Assembly (NCBI GenBank): GCA_964479735.1
Contig: CAYZNT010000018.1
Span: forward strand, 3,093-67,092
Length of the DNA stretch: 64,000 bases
Reading direction: 5' to 3'
Origin: an uncultured Clostridia bacterium
GTDB taxonomy: Bacteria > Acidobacteriota > Aminicenantia > UBA2199
Shown here: piece by piece, positions 27,075 to 37,228 of the stretch
Layout of the letters: every line of letters begins with the position of its first letter
Numbering within the stretch: position 1 is the first letter of the stretch
The notes under the pieces: generated by a model
The model's input: only the letters and a program-made list of their open reading frames with translations
What the model was told of the DNA's origin: nothing
Databases searched by the model: none
Made by a program: the position numbers and the translations under genes

Positions 27075-27983
27075 TCACCTCGGGGGAGAGAGGAGCCGGA
27101 GAAGGCCGGGCAGGGCGCGGCGCGCCGCCTCCTCGCCGCGGGCGATCAACTCGCGGGGGCGGTAGAATTCGTGCAGGGAGAAGCCGGCCGTGTCCACGTC
27201 CACCAGCAGGTCGGGGCGGTCCGCCTGAAGGCGGGCGCGCACCACCTCCTTCTGCATGATCTCGAGGGCGGCCAGCAGGGAGGCGACCAGGTGCGGGCCG
27301 GCGGGGCGCTTCTCCAGGCGCCCCAGCAGGCGTTCGGCGCCCGCGATCAGGCGCCGCTCCCAGGGGACCTTCCCCCCGTCGCCCGGGCGCGGCCGGCCCG
27401 GGCCCGGCCGTTTTCCCCGGCCGGGGGCGAAGAGGGAGACGGCCACCACCGGGGCTACGCCCTTCTGCCGCAGCACGTCCACCGGCACGGGGTCGACCAG
27501 GCCGCCGTCCACCAGGAAACGGCGGCCGTGGCGCTGCGCCGGGAAGACCACCGGGACGGAGATGGAGGCCATCACCGCGTCCAGAAGCGGGCCCTTCTCC
27601 ATCCAGACCGGCCGGCCGGAGCGGATGTCCACCGCCACGCAGGCGAAGGGCAGGGCCAGCTTCTCGATGCGGGCGGAACCGAAAAAGCTCTCCAGGAAGT
27701 CGCGCACGCGCCGGTCGTCCACCAGCCCGGAGGCGGACAGGCGGGGGGCCAGGATGGTGTGCAGGGGAATGCTCTCGAACTGCAGCGCCAGCCTCTCCAG
27801 CCGCGCCGGGTCGGGGTCGAGGCAGTAGAGGGCGCCGACCAGGGCGCCGATGGAGGTGCCGGCCACCCGCCGCGGCCGCAGCCCCTCCTCCTGCAGCACC
27901 TTCAGCACCCCGACGTGGGCCAGCCCCTTGGCCGCCCCGGCGCCCAGGGCCAGGAAGAACGAACGAGGGTTGCCGCTTCCCAT
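27075..27983 (-). CDS. Patatin-like phospholipase
   Basis: LALGAGAAKGLAHVG, GTSIGA (GxSxG), LVDGG. Confidence 0.93.
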   Translation of the reverse strand: MGSGNPRSFFLALGAGAAKGLAHVGVLKVLQEEGLRPRRVAGTSIGALVGALYCLDPDPARLERLALQFESIPLHTILAPRLSASGLVDDRRVRDFLESFFGSARIEKLALPFACVAVDIRSGRPVWMEKGPLLDAVMASISVPVVFPAQRHGRRFLVDGGLVDPVPVDVLRQKGVAPVVAVSLFAPGRGKRPGPGRPRPGDGGKVPWERRLIAGAERLLGRLEKRPAGPHLVASLLAALEIMQKEVVRARLQADRPDLLVDVDTAGFSLHEFYRPRELIARGEEAARRALPGLLRLLSPPR

Positions 27984-28044
27984 GAGCGCCATTGTACCGC
28001 AAGAGCGCCCCCTCCGGGTAGCGCCGTGCTATAATCGGCCCAGC

Positions 28045-28956
28045 ATGGTCGTTTGCGCAGTCTCCCTCCGCTCCATCCGCCTGCGCGACGCCTGGGACCG
28101 GCCCTGGCCGCTGCGGCCGGATTTTTTCGCCGAGCTGGAGGGGCGTCTGCCCGGCTGGCCGCTGCTGGTGCTGGACGCGGAGCGGAGGCTGGTCTTCGCC
28201 GCCGATTACCTGACCCTGCTGCGCGGGCGCGGGGCGCTCCAGGCCCGGGCGCTGGAAACCGAAACCCGCGGAGGGGAGTCGCTGCTCCTCGGTCTGCAGC
28301 TGCGGCGGGTTTTCTGCGGGCTCAACCCGTGGGAGGAGCTGGAGGGGGCGCGCCGCCTGCTGCCGCTCATGGATGCGGCCGGGATCCAGCGCCGCCTGCG
28401 CCCCGCCTTCGCCCTGGACGGGGGCCTGCAGGCGCAGCTGCCGGTCCTGACGGGAAAGGAATTGCGGCCGGCCCTGGCTTCGGGCGCGGTGGGGCTGCGC
28501 GCCGCGCGCCGCCTCCTCTCCTTCTCCGCCGCCAACCGCCGCGCGATGCTGGCGCTCTTCCGGGCCGTGCACTGCAGCGAGAGCCACCAGCACGTCCTGC
28601 TCGACCTGGTGGAGGAGATCGCCTTCGCCACCCGGCGGACCGTGGCCGGGCTCCTGCGCCGCGCCGGCGTCCCCGCCCTGCTGGCCGCCCGCGCCCCGGC
28701 CCGGGCCCTGGTGGAGGCGCTGCAGGCGAGGCGCTTCCCCCGCACCGCCGCCCTGGAGCGGGAGTGGCGGGAAAAGCTGCGCTCGCTGCGCCTGCCCCCC
28801 GGAGCGCGCGTCGACCACGCCCCCTTCTTCGAGAAGCCGGGACTGGAGCTGGGCCTGCACCTGGGGGGCTGGGAAGAGCTGGAGCGGCTGCTGGCGGCGC
28901 TGGGAGAACGGCCGATCCCGGGGAGAAAGGACCCCGGGAAAGGCGTTCCGGGCTGA
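28045..28956 (+). CDS. Hypothetical protein, possibly a degenerate ParB-like DNA-binding protein
   Basis: GC-biased codon usage, ATG 9 nt after TATAAT. Helical core LNPWEELE...GAVGLRAARRL and C-terminal PFFEKPGLELGL. No clear ParB box II. Confidence 0.5.
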   Translation: MVVCAVSLRSIRLRDAWDRPWPLRPDFFAELEGRLPGWPLLVLDAERRLVFAADYLTLLRGRGALQARALETETRGGESLLLGLQLRRVFCGLNPWEELEGARRLLPLMDAAGIQRRLRPAFALDGGLQAQLPVLTGKELRPALASGAVGLRAARRLLSFSAANRRAMLALFRAVHCSESHQHVLLDLVEEIAFATRRTVAGLLRRAGVPALLAARAPARALVEALQARRFPRTAALEREWREKLRSLRLPPGARVDHAPFFEKPGLELGLHLGGWEELERLLAALGERPIPGRKDPGKGVPG

Positions 28957-29048
28957 TATCCGCGACAGGAAAGGGGGATCGCCCGGGCGTCCGGAGTTGA
29001 CTTCCGGCTTGCCTATATTATAATAGGTCTGAATCGATCAGGTGGTGC

Positions 29049-29417
29049 ATGAGTACAGCCGTCGTCATCGTCGTCTTCGTCGTCGCCCTGGTGGTATCGC
29101 TCGGCTTCCTGGTGCTGGTGGTCTCGCTGGTGCCGGCCATCCAGCAGCTGCGCATCACCCTGCTCGACCTGGAGCGCACCTCCGGGGAGGTGCGCGACCT
29201 GTCGCGCGAGCTGAAGAGGCTGAGCGCCATGGCCGCCGCCCGCATGGAACAGGCCGACGGCGTGCTGGCCTCGTCCAAGCGGACGGTGGAGACCGTGGGC
29301 GAATCGCTGCACTTCATCAACCAGAACCTGCTGCGGCGCTCGGCCGGCCTGCTCGCATTCCTGCCGGCCATCCGGCTGGGTTGGAACCTGGTCAAACGGT
29401 TGAAAGGAGGAAAATAA
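29049..29417 (+). CDS. DUF948/YoxC-like membrane protein
   Basis: N-terminal TM followed by a coiled coil. Paired with a YtxH-type gene as in known general-stress pairs. Confidence 0.7.
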   Translation: MSTAVVIVVFVVALVVSLGFLVLVVSLVPAIQQLRITLLDLERTSGEVRDLSRELKRLSAMAAARMEQADGVLASSKRTVETVGESLHFINQNLLRRSAGLLAFLPAIRLGWNLVKRLKGGK

Positions 29418-29653
29418 TGTCAGACGAACGCAGTGGAATGAAGGTCTTCATCAGTTTCCTGTTCGGGGCCGCCGTGGGCGCCGGGCTGGGCATGCTCTTC
29501 GCCCCGCAGTCGGGCAAGGAGACGCGCCGCAAGATCAAGGAGTTCTCCGATAAAGTGGGCGACGAGGTCAAGGACGGCTACGACAAGCTGAGCGAGAAGG
29601 CCAAGTCCTTCGCCGAGGGCGCCCGCTCCAAGTTCCGCAAGGGCGACGAGTAA
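29417..29653 (+). CDS. YtxH-domain protein
   Basis: FLFGAAVGAGLGMLFAPQSGKETRRKI. TAATG overlap and SD AGGAGG. Confidence 0.9.
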   Translation: MSDERSGMKVFISFLFGAAVGAGLGMLFAPQSGKETRRKIKEFSDKVGDEVKDGYDKLSEKAKSFAEGARSKFRKGDE

Positions 29654-30952
<1,299 letters not shown>

Positions 30953-31020
30953 AACCGCCGTCGCCCCTGCCCGCGGGGGGCGACGGACGCTCCACACACC
31001 GCAAGCAAAGGGAGTTTGCC

Positions 31021-32664
31021 ATGACGCGCAAGGAATGGGAAGAACGCATACTGAGCCGGACGCTGGCCAAGAACCCGGAGCGGCAGCCGCGCTTCAAGAC
31101 GACGTCCTTCGAGGCGCGCCGCCTCTACGACCCGCAGGACCTGGAGGACGCCGACCACGGGCGCGACCTCGGCTACCCCGGCGCCTACCCGTTCACCCGC
31201 GGGGTCCAGCCGACCATGTACCGCGGCCGCCTCTGGACCATGCGCCAGTACGCCGGCTTCGGTTCGGCCGAGGAGTCCAACTCCCGCTACCGCTACCTGC
31301 TGGGACAGGGCCAGACCGGGCTGAGCGTGGCCTTCGACCTCCCCACCCAGATCGGCCTGGACTCCGACAACCCCCTCTGCGAGGGCGAGGTCGGCAAGGT
31401 GGGCGTGGCCGTCGACACCCTGCGCGACATGGAGATCCTCTTCGACCAGATCCCCCTCGACCAGGTGTCGGTCTCCATGACCATCAACGCCACCGCCGCG
31501 GTGCTGCTGGCCATGTACATGGCCGTGGCCGAGAAGAACGGCGTCTCCGCCGACCGGCTCTCGGGCACCATCCAGAACGACCTGCTGAAGGAGTACATCG
31601 CCCGCGGCACCTACATCTACCCGCCGCGCCCGTCCCTGCGCCTCATTTCGGACATCTTCGCCTTCTGCCGCCGGCAGGTGCCGAAGTGGAACACCATCTC
31701 CATCTCCGGCTACCACATCCGCGAGGCCGGCGCCACCGCCGTGCAGGAGCTCGCCTTCACCTTCGCCGACGCCATCGAGTACGTGAAGTCGGCCGTCGCC
31801 TCCGGGCTGGCGGTGGACGAGTTCGCGCCGCGGCTCTCCTTCTTCTTCGCCGCCCACAACAACCTGCTGGAGGAGGTGGCCAAGTTCCGCGCCGCCCGCA
31901 AGATCTGGGCGCGCATCATGAAGGAGAGGTTCTCGGCCGGCGAGAAATCGCAGCTGATGCGCTTCCACACCCAGACCGGCGGGGTCACCCTGACCGCCCA
32001 GCAGCCGATGAACAACGTGGCGCGGGTCACCGTCCAGGCGCTGGCGGCCGTGCTCGGGGGCACCCAGAGCCTGCACACCAACTCCATGGACGAGGCGCTG
32101 GCCCTGCCGTCGGAGGAGTCGGTCCGGGTCGCCCTGCGCACCCAGCAGATCGTCGCCTACGAGAGCGGCGTCGCCGACGTCATCGACCCGCTGGCCGGCT
32201 CCTACTACGTGGAGACGCTGACCCGCGACATCGAGCGCGAGGTGTTCGCCATTCTCGAGCGCATCGACGGCATGGGCGGCATGCTGGCGGCGATCGAGGA
32301 GGGCTGGCCGCAGAAGCAGATCCAGGAGAGCTCCTACGCCTACCAGAAGGAGATCGACTCCGGCGAGCAGGTGATCGTCGGCGTCAACCAGTTCCAGGTG
32401 GAGGAGAACCTGAAGAACCTGAAGACGCTGAAGGTGTCGCCCGAGTCCGAGGCGCGCCAGAAGGCCCGGCTGGCCGAGGTCCGGAAGAGCCGCGACAGCG
32501 GGGCCGTGGCCTCCGCCCTGGCCGCGGTGCGCCGGGCGGCGGAAGGCTCCGACAACCTGCTGCCGCCCATCCTGGCGGCGGTAAAGACCTACGCCACCCT
32601 GCAGGAGATCGCCGACCAGATGCGCGCCGTCTTCGGCGAGTACAAGGAAAAGATCGTCATCTAG
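31021..32664 (+). CDS. Methylmalonyl-CoA mutase, catalytic (large) subunit without B12-binding domain
   Basis: [25 protein letters not shown] (Tyr, MCM-type), [38 protein letters not shown]. Confidence 0.92.
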   Translation: MTRKEWEERILSRTLAKNPERQPRFKTTSFEARRLYDPQDLEDADHGRDLGYPGAYPFTRGVQPTMYRGRLWTMRQYAGFGSAEESNSRYRYLLGQGQTGLSVAFDLPTQIGLDSDNPLCEGEVGKVGVAVDTLRDMEILFDQIPLDQVSVSMTINATAAVLLAMYMAVAEKNGVSADRLSGTIQNDLLKEYIARGTYIYPPRPSLRLISDIFAFCRRQVPKWNTISISGYHIREAGATAVQELAFTFADAIEYVKSAVASGLAVDEFAPRLSFFFAAHNNLLEEVAKFRAARKIWARIMKERFSAGEKSQLMRFHTQTGGVTLTAQQPMNNVARVTVQALAAVLGGTQSLHTNSMDEALALPSEESVRVALRTQQIVAYESGVADVIDPLAGSYYVETLTRDIEREVFAILERIDGMGGMLAAIEEGWPQKQIQESSYAYQKEIDSGEQVIVGVNQFQVEENLKNLKTLKVSPESEARQKARLAEVRKSRDSGAVASALAAVRRAAEGSDNLLPPILAAVKTYATLQEIADQMRAVFGEYKEKIVI

Positions 32665-32678
32665 CCGCGCACGGCGGA

Positions 32679-32708
32679 GTTGCCGCCGCGGGCGCCCGCG
32701 GCGGCGAC
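32679..32708. terminator. 13-bp GC-rich hairpin between convergent genes
   Basis: GTTGCCGCCGCGG-GCGC-CCGCGGCGGCGAC (one G-U pair), no U-tract. Confidence 0.4.
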
Positions 32709-32709
32709 C

Positions 32710-33141
32710 TCAGAGCCGGGTCAGCACCACCACGGAGTCGCAGCCGTCGGGCAGCGTGGTCTTGCCCCTCACGCTCAGGTTCCCGTTGCGCCAGCAGAAA
32801 TGGAGCCGGGTCTGCGCCTCCCCCTCGGGCAGGGTCCAGCGCCCGGCGATCACGCAGCACTTCTCGTTTCGCGAGACGACCCGCCCGCTGAAGGTCAGCT
32901 CGGCCTTGTCGGTCGGGCGCACGGCGCTCCCCAGGACCTTGCCCTCGCACCCCTCCGGCTGGCTCAGGGTGACGACGAACTCTCCCTGCCCGGGACGGGG
33001 GCACTGCTCGGAAGCGACATCGCGAAACGTCACCCGGTAGGCACCGGCGATGCAGCCATCCACGGCCGGCGCCGCGCGACCCATCCCGGCGACCAGGGAC
33101 AGCAGGGCGATCAGAAACGGGAACAGACGGAACCGGTTCAT
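32710..33141 (-). CDS. Secreted Cys-rich hypothetical protein (domain X only)
   Basis: SD GGAGG, signal peptide MNRFRLFPFLIALLSLVAGMGRA, 7 Cys. Paralogous to the C-terminus of the upstream gene. Confidence 0.75.
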   Translation of the reverse strand: MNRFRLFPFLIALLSLVAGMGRAAPAVDGCIAGAYRVTFRDVASEQCPRPGQGEFVVTLSQPEGCEGKVLGSAVRPTDKAELTFSGRVVSRNEKCCVIAGRWTLPEGEAQTRLHFCWRNGNLSVRGKTTLPDGCDSVVVLTRL

Positions 33142-33165
33142 GGGTGTCCTCCGATGAAAGCCGCC

Positions 33166-33194
33166 ATCATACAGGGAATTCGAACCGCAGGCAA
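33166..33194 (-). promoter_or_regulatory. Promoter TTGCCT-N17-TATGAT
   Basis: Minus strand: TTGCCT 33194-89, TATGAT 33171-66. Confidence 0.55.
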
Positions 33195-33270
33195 CCCCGC
33201 GCTCGGACCGGGGAGAGCCCCGCCTTCCGGAGCCGCCGGTCGCCGGGGATTCCCCGATCCCGGGCGGCCC

Positions 33271-34326
33271 CTATTTCGGCTTCTTGGCGACGACCGGGAA
33301 CAACTCCCAGGCCTGGACGCAGTTGTCGGGCAGAGTCCCCTTGCCTTTGGCCTTGAGGACGCCGTTGCGCCAGCAGAAATGAAGGCGAACGCGGACCCTG
33401 GCGCCGGACGGCTCCTGGAACACGCCCTCGACGGTGCAGCACTTGTCGGTGGTGGAGACGACGGCTCCGCTGAAAGGCGACCGGGTCCGGCCCCCAGAAA
33501 CCGTCGCGGATCCGGTGAGCTTCGTGCCGCAGCCCTTCTGATGGGCGAGGGTGAGGGTCATCTCGTTCTCCTGCCGATTCCGGCAGTCGGGGCCGGGCAG
33601 GCCGCGGACCTGGACCCGGTAGGTCCCCCCCAGGCAGCACTGGTCCGGGGGAATCGCCGGCCGGCACCGCTGTTTCGCCTCCTCCGGCGTCGCGTAGCAC
33701 TCCCCGCCCTGTTCCTCGCACTGGGCCGGGGCGAGCTGCACCACCCGGCCGCCGATGCAGCACCAGCACGGCGTGGAGCACGCCGCTTGCGCCGCCTCGG
33801 CGCTGGCAAAGCAGGCCCCGCCCTTCTGGCGGCAGAGCGCCTCCGCCATCCGGGCCACCTGGCCGTCGATGCAGCACCAGCAGAGGGGCGGGCAGTTCTT
33901 CTGTGCCTCCGCGGCGGAGCCGTAGCCCACCAGGCCGCGGCGCTGGCACTCGGCGGCGCTGAGCTTCACCACCTCGCCGTCCAGGCAGCACCAGCAGGGC
34001 GGCTGGCAATTCTTCCGGGCCTCCTCTTCGCTGGCGAAACAGGCGCCACCCTTCTCCAGGCAGAGCGCCCTGGAGAGCCGTGCCACCTCGCCGTCCAGGC
34101 AGCACCAGCAGTGCGGCGCACAGTGTTTTCGGGCCTCCTCCTCGCTGGCGTAGCAGACGCCTCCCTTCTCCTTGCAGAACCAGGTCGGCGCCCTCACCAC
34201 TTCGCCGTCGATGCAGCACCAGCACAGGTACGATTTCGCCGCCGCCGTCTGGCCCGGCAGGGCCACCGCCGCGAAACCGGCAAAAGCGGCCAGGGCGAGC
34301 ATCCATGCGATCCGCGTCCGAATCAT
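33271..34326 (-). CDS. Secreted protein with five 38-aa CWCC Cys-rich repeats plus C-terminal domain X
   Basis: ATG 34326 with SD GGAGG, signal peptide, repeats CWCC[IL]DGxVx5-6CxxxGGxC[YF]xSxxxAxxxC, then a domain shared with 32710..33141. Confidence 0.8.
   Translation of the reverse strand: MIRTRIAWMLALAAFAGFAAVALPGQTAAAKSYLCWCCIDGEVVRAPTWFCKEKGGVCYASEEEARKHCAPHCWCCLDGEVARLSRALCLEKGGACFASEEEARKNCQPPCWCCLDGEVVKLSAAECQRRGLVGYGSAAEAQKNCPPLCWCCIDGQVARMAEALCRQKGGACFASAEAAQAACSTPCWCCIGGRVVQLAPAQCEEQGGECYATPEEAKQRCRPAIPPDQCCLGGTYRVQVRGLPGPDCRNRQENEMTLTLAHQKGCGTKLTGSATVSGGRTRSPFSGAVVSTTDKCCTVEGVFQEPSGARVRVRLHFCWRNGVLKAKGKGTLPDNCVQAWELFPVVAKKPK
33655..34224 (-). repeat. Five tandem 114-bp coding repeats
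   Basis: GCAGCACCAGCA (reverse of Cys-Trp-Cys-Cys) recurs at 33757, 33871, 33985, 34099 and 34213, an exact 114-nt period. Confidence 0.92.
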
Positions 34327-34387
34327 GGCATCCACCTCCCGGCAGGGTCGCGGGACCGAAACCGAAGGCTGCTCCCGCTCCGGCGAA

Positions 34388-34416
34388 AGCATACACGACC
34401 GGGCAGCGGGAGGCAA
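34388..34416 (-). promoter_or_regulatory. Promoter TTGCCT-N17-TATGCT
   Basis: Minus strand: TTGCCT 34416-11, TATGCT 34393-88. Near copy of the promoter at 33166-33194. Confidence 0.55.
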
Positions 34417-34470
34417 CCCGCCCGGTGGTTCCCCGTCCGTCCGGAAGGCGGCGGGCTGGAAAAAAAAAGC

Positions 34471-34725
34471 TCAGGCCGTGGTGTCGACGCGCAGCCCGAC
34501 CGGGCCGGGCTTCTCCTCATCGCCCCGCCCCATCGCCTTCTCGCCGCGCTCGGTTCTCATGGGTTCCGGCTGCAGCAGGCCCTTGTCGAGCGTTCCGGCC
34601 GCCTCCCGGGGGGGCATCTCGCCCGTTTCGCCGGTTGGGGGAGGAATCTCCCGCCTTTTCATGGACTCTTTCTGCAGTTCGATCGGCAGCGACGACATGT
34701 CACCGGATATCGGCCTATTGTACAT
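34471..34725 (-). CDS. Small charged hypothetical protein (84 aa)
   Basis: Strong SD AAGGAGG before ATG 34725, upstream TTGAAA-N16-TATTAT, ends in GPVGLRVDTTA. Confidence 0.55.
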   Translation of the reverse strand: MYNRPISGDMSSLPIELQKESMKRREIPPPTGETGEMPPREAAGTLDKGLLQPEPMRTERGEKAMGRGDEEKPGPVGLRVDTTA

Positions 34726-34896
34726 AATTCCTCCTTGGTTTCGCTCCTGGGTCAGCCCGCATGGGATGCCGTGAAATAATAATAGTTCAAAAATCGCGCT
34801 TTTCAATTCCCCGGACCGGCTTTTTGCGCCGCTCCGGAAACGACCCCGGCGCCGGGCGGATTTGCCTCGGACCGCCCCTTTATGTACAATCGCTCC

Positions 34897-35712
34897 ATGC
34901 GCCCCTTTTTTCGGATCGACGACCTGGAAATCGGCCCCGGGCGGCTTTTTCTCATCGCCGGGCCCTGCGTCATCGAGGAGGAGAGCCTGACCTTCGACAT
35001 CGCCGCCGAGGTGCAGGCACTCTGCCGCGAGCTGGAGATCGGCTACGTGTTCAAGGCCTCGTTCGACAAGGCCAACCGCACGTCGGGCCGCTCACCGCGC
35101 GGGCCGGGCATGGAATCCGGGCTGAAGGTGCTGGAGCGCATCAAGCGCGAACTGGCCCTGCCGGTGCTCTCCGACATCCACGAGTCGTGGCAGGCCGAGC
35201 CGGCCGCCGCGGTGCTTTCGGTGCTGCAGATCCCCGCGTTCCTCTGCCGCCAGACCGACCTGCTGCTGGCCGCCGGCGCCACCGGCAGGCCGGTGAACAT
35301 CAAGAAAGGCCAGTTCATGGCCCCGGAGGACATGAAACGGGCGGTGGCCAAGGTGAACGAGACGGGCAACCGTCGCGTGCTGCTCACCGAGCGCGGCTCC
35401 TTTTTCGGCTACCACAACCTGGTGGTCGACTTCCGCGCCATTCCGCTGATGGCCGAGACGGGCTGCCCGGTGATCATCGACGCCACCCACGCCGTGCAGC
35501 GACCGGCGGCGGCCGGCGAGGTGACCGGGGGCGAGCCGCGCTTCATTCCCATGATCGCCGCCTGCGGAGTCACCGCCGGCGCCCACGGGGTCTTCCTGGA
35601 GGTGCACCCGCAGCCGGAAAAAGCGCTGTCGGACAGCACCAACGCGCTGCCGCTGGCCAACCTGCGCCATCTGTTACTGCGCCTCAAAAAGGTGTATAAT
35701 GCGCACGTATGA
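34897..35712 (+). CDS. kdsA: 3-deoxy-8-phosphooctulonate (KDO8P) synthase
   Basis: LIAGPCVIE, FKASFDKANRTS, LQIPAFLCRQTDLL, NIKKGQF, TERG, DATHAVQ. Confidence 0.97.
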   Translation: MRPFFRIDDLEIGPGRLFLIAGPCVIEEESLTFDIAAEVQALCRELEIGYVFKASFDKANRTSGRSPRGPGMESGLKVLERIKRELALPVLSDIHESWQAEPAAAVLSVLQIPAFLCRQTDLLLAAGATGRPVNIKKGQFMAPEDMKRAVAKVNETGNRRVLLTERGSFFGYHNLVVDFRAIPLMAETGCPVIIDATHAVQRPAAAGEVTGGEPRFIPMIAACGVTAGAHGVFLEVHPQPEKALSDSTNALPLANLRHLLLRLKKVYNAHV

Positions 35713-36668
35713 ACTGCATTGATACCGGGAAGCAGGTTCTCGAGACCGAGGCCAATGCGATAAGAGACGCCATCTCCCGGATCGACGGCAGCTTCACCCG
35801 GGCGGTCGACCTGCTGTTCTCCTGCCGCGGCCAGGTGGTCGTCACCGGCATGGGGAAATCGGGCCTCGTCGGCCGCAAGATCGCCGCCACCCTCACCTCC
35901 ACCGGCACCCCGGCCGTCTTCCTGCACCCGGCCGAGGCCATCCACGGCGACATCGGCATCATCCACGGCGAGGACGTGGTCATCGCCCTCTCCACCTCCG
36001 GCGAGACCGAGGAGGTGGTGCGCCTGCTGGTCTACATCCGACGCCTCGGCGCCCGCCTCGTGGCCATGGTCGGCAACCCGCGCTCCCTCCTCGCCCGCCG
36101 CGCCGACGTCTGCCTCGACTGCAGCGTGGAGAAGGAGGCCTGCCCCATCGGCCTGGTGCCGTCCGCCTCCTCCACCCTGTCCCTGGCCATGGGCGACGCC
36201 CTGGCCATCGCCCTGATGACCCGCAAGGGATTCGGGGAGGAGAGCTTCCGCCACTTCCACCCCGGCGGGGCGATCGGCAAGAAGCTGCTCAAGGTGAAGC
36301 ACCTGATGCACACCGGCGAACAGCTGCCGCGCGTCCGGGACACGGAGCCCATGGCCGGCGTGCTGCAGGTGATGGACGCCAAGCGCTTCGGCGTGGCCGT
36401 CGTCGTCGACGCCGGCGAGCGCGTGCTGGGCATCATCACCGACGGCGACCTGCGCCGGCTGTTCCTGCGCGGCGTCGACCTGCACGCGGGCCGCGCCGCC
36501 GACTGCATGACTCGCCACCCGCAGCACATCGACGAGGACCGCCTGGCGGTGGAGGCGCTCAAGATCCTCGAGGAGCGATCGATCACTTCGCTCGTCGTCC
36601 AGGACGAGCGCGGCCAGCTGCGGGGCCTGCTGCACCTGCACGACCTGTGGCGCACGGAGATGATATGA
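35709..36668 (+). CDS. kdsD: Arabinose-5-phosphate isomerase (KpsF/GutQ; SIS plus CBS)
   Basis: VTGMGKSGLVGRKIAATLTSTGTP, HPAEAIHGDIG, FHPGGAIG, CBS pair. Confidence 0.95.
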   Translation: MNCIDTGKQVLETEANAIRDAISRIDGSFTRAVDLLFSCRGQVVVTGMGKSGLVGRKIAATLTSTGTPAVFLHPAEAIHGDIGIIHGEDVVIALSTSGETEEVVRLLVYIRRLGARLVAMVGNPRSLLARRADVCLDCSVEKEACPIGLVPSASSTLSLAMGDALAIALMTRKGFGEESFRHFHPGGAIGKKLLKVKHLMHTGEQLPRVRDTEPMAGVLQVMDAKRFGVAVVVDAGERVLGIITDGDLRRLFLRGVDLHAGRAADCMTRHPQHIDEDRLAVEALKILEERSITSLVVQDERGQLRGLLHLHDLWRTEMI

Positions 36669-37228
36669 TGGACCAGAAGGAACTGGCCAAGAAAGTCAAG
36701 CTGCTGATCATGGACGTGGACGGGACCCTGTCGGACGGCCGTTTCTTCATGCTGGCCAACGGCGACGTGCTCAAGACCTTTGACGTCAAGGACGGCACCG
36801 GCGTCATCCTGGCGCGGCTGGCCGGCATCAAGACCGCCATCATCTCCGGCAAGAAGTCGGCGCAGGTGCGCCAGCGCGCCGAGGAGCTGCAGATCGACGC
36901 CTACTTCGAGGGCGTCGCCAACAAGACCGAGCCGTTCTTCAAGCTGCTCAAGAAGTTCAAGCTGCAGAAGGAAGAGGTGTGCTACATCGGCGACGACATC
37001 GGCGATGCCGAGGTGATGGGCATGGTCGGCTTCGCCGCCGCGGTGGGCGACGCCCACCCCCTGATCAAGCGCATCTCCCACTACATCGCCAAGCGCTACG
37101 GCGGCCGCGGCGCCGTGCGCGAGGTGATCGACTTCATCCTCGACGTGCAGGAGAAGTGGCAGTCGATCTTCACCACCATGAAGAGCGACGAGAACTGGGA
37201 AGAGATCTACCGCGAGATCAACTCGTGA
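36665..37228 (+). CDS. kdsC: KDO8P phosphatase (HAD family)
   Basis: IMDVDGTLSDG, FDVKDG, YIGDDIGD, GGRGAVREVID. Confidence 0.93.
   Translation: MMDQKELAKKVKLLIMDVDGTLSDGRFFMLANGDVLKTFDVKDGTGVILARLAGIKTAIISGKKSAQVRQRAEELQIDAYFEGVANKTEPFFKLLKKFKLQKEEVCYIGDDIGDAEVMGMVGFAAAVGDAHPLIKRISHYIAKRYGGRGAVREVIDFILDVQEKWQSIFTTMKSDENWEEIYREINS

Noticed and set aside
30958-30985. 10-bp hairpin after eno
   Set aside because: No U-tract and the downstream gene is co-oriented. At most an mRNA-stability element, and such stems are common at this GC content.
31021-32664. Truncated or pseudogenised methylmalonyl-CoA mutase, or an unusual acyl-CoA mutase
   Set aside because: Split MCMs with a separate B12-binding subunit are well known, and the Tyr/Gln/Arg specificity residues are MCM-type.
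33655-34224. CRISPR-like regularly spaced repeat
   Set aside because: The 114-nt period is in frame, the intervening sequence is homologous at protein level, and no cas genes are present. It is a coding repeat.
34432-34468. Hairpin followed by A9 as a terminator or riboswitch
   Set aside because: On the transcribed (minus) strand the U-run precedes the stem, which is the wrong order, and I recognised no riboswitch consensus.
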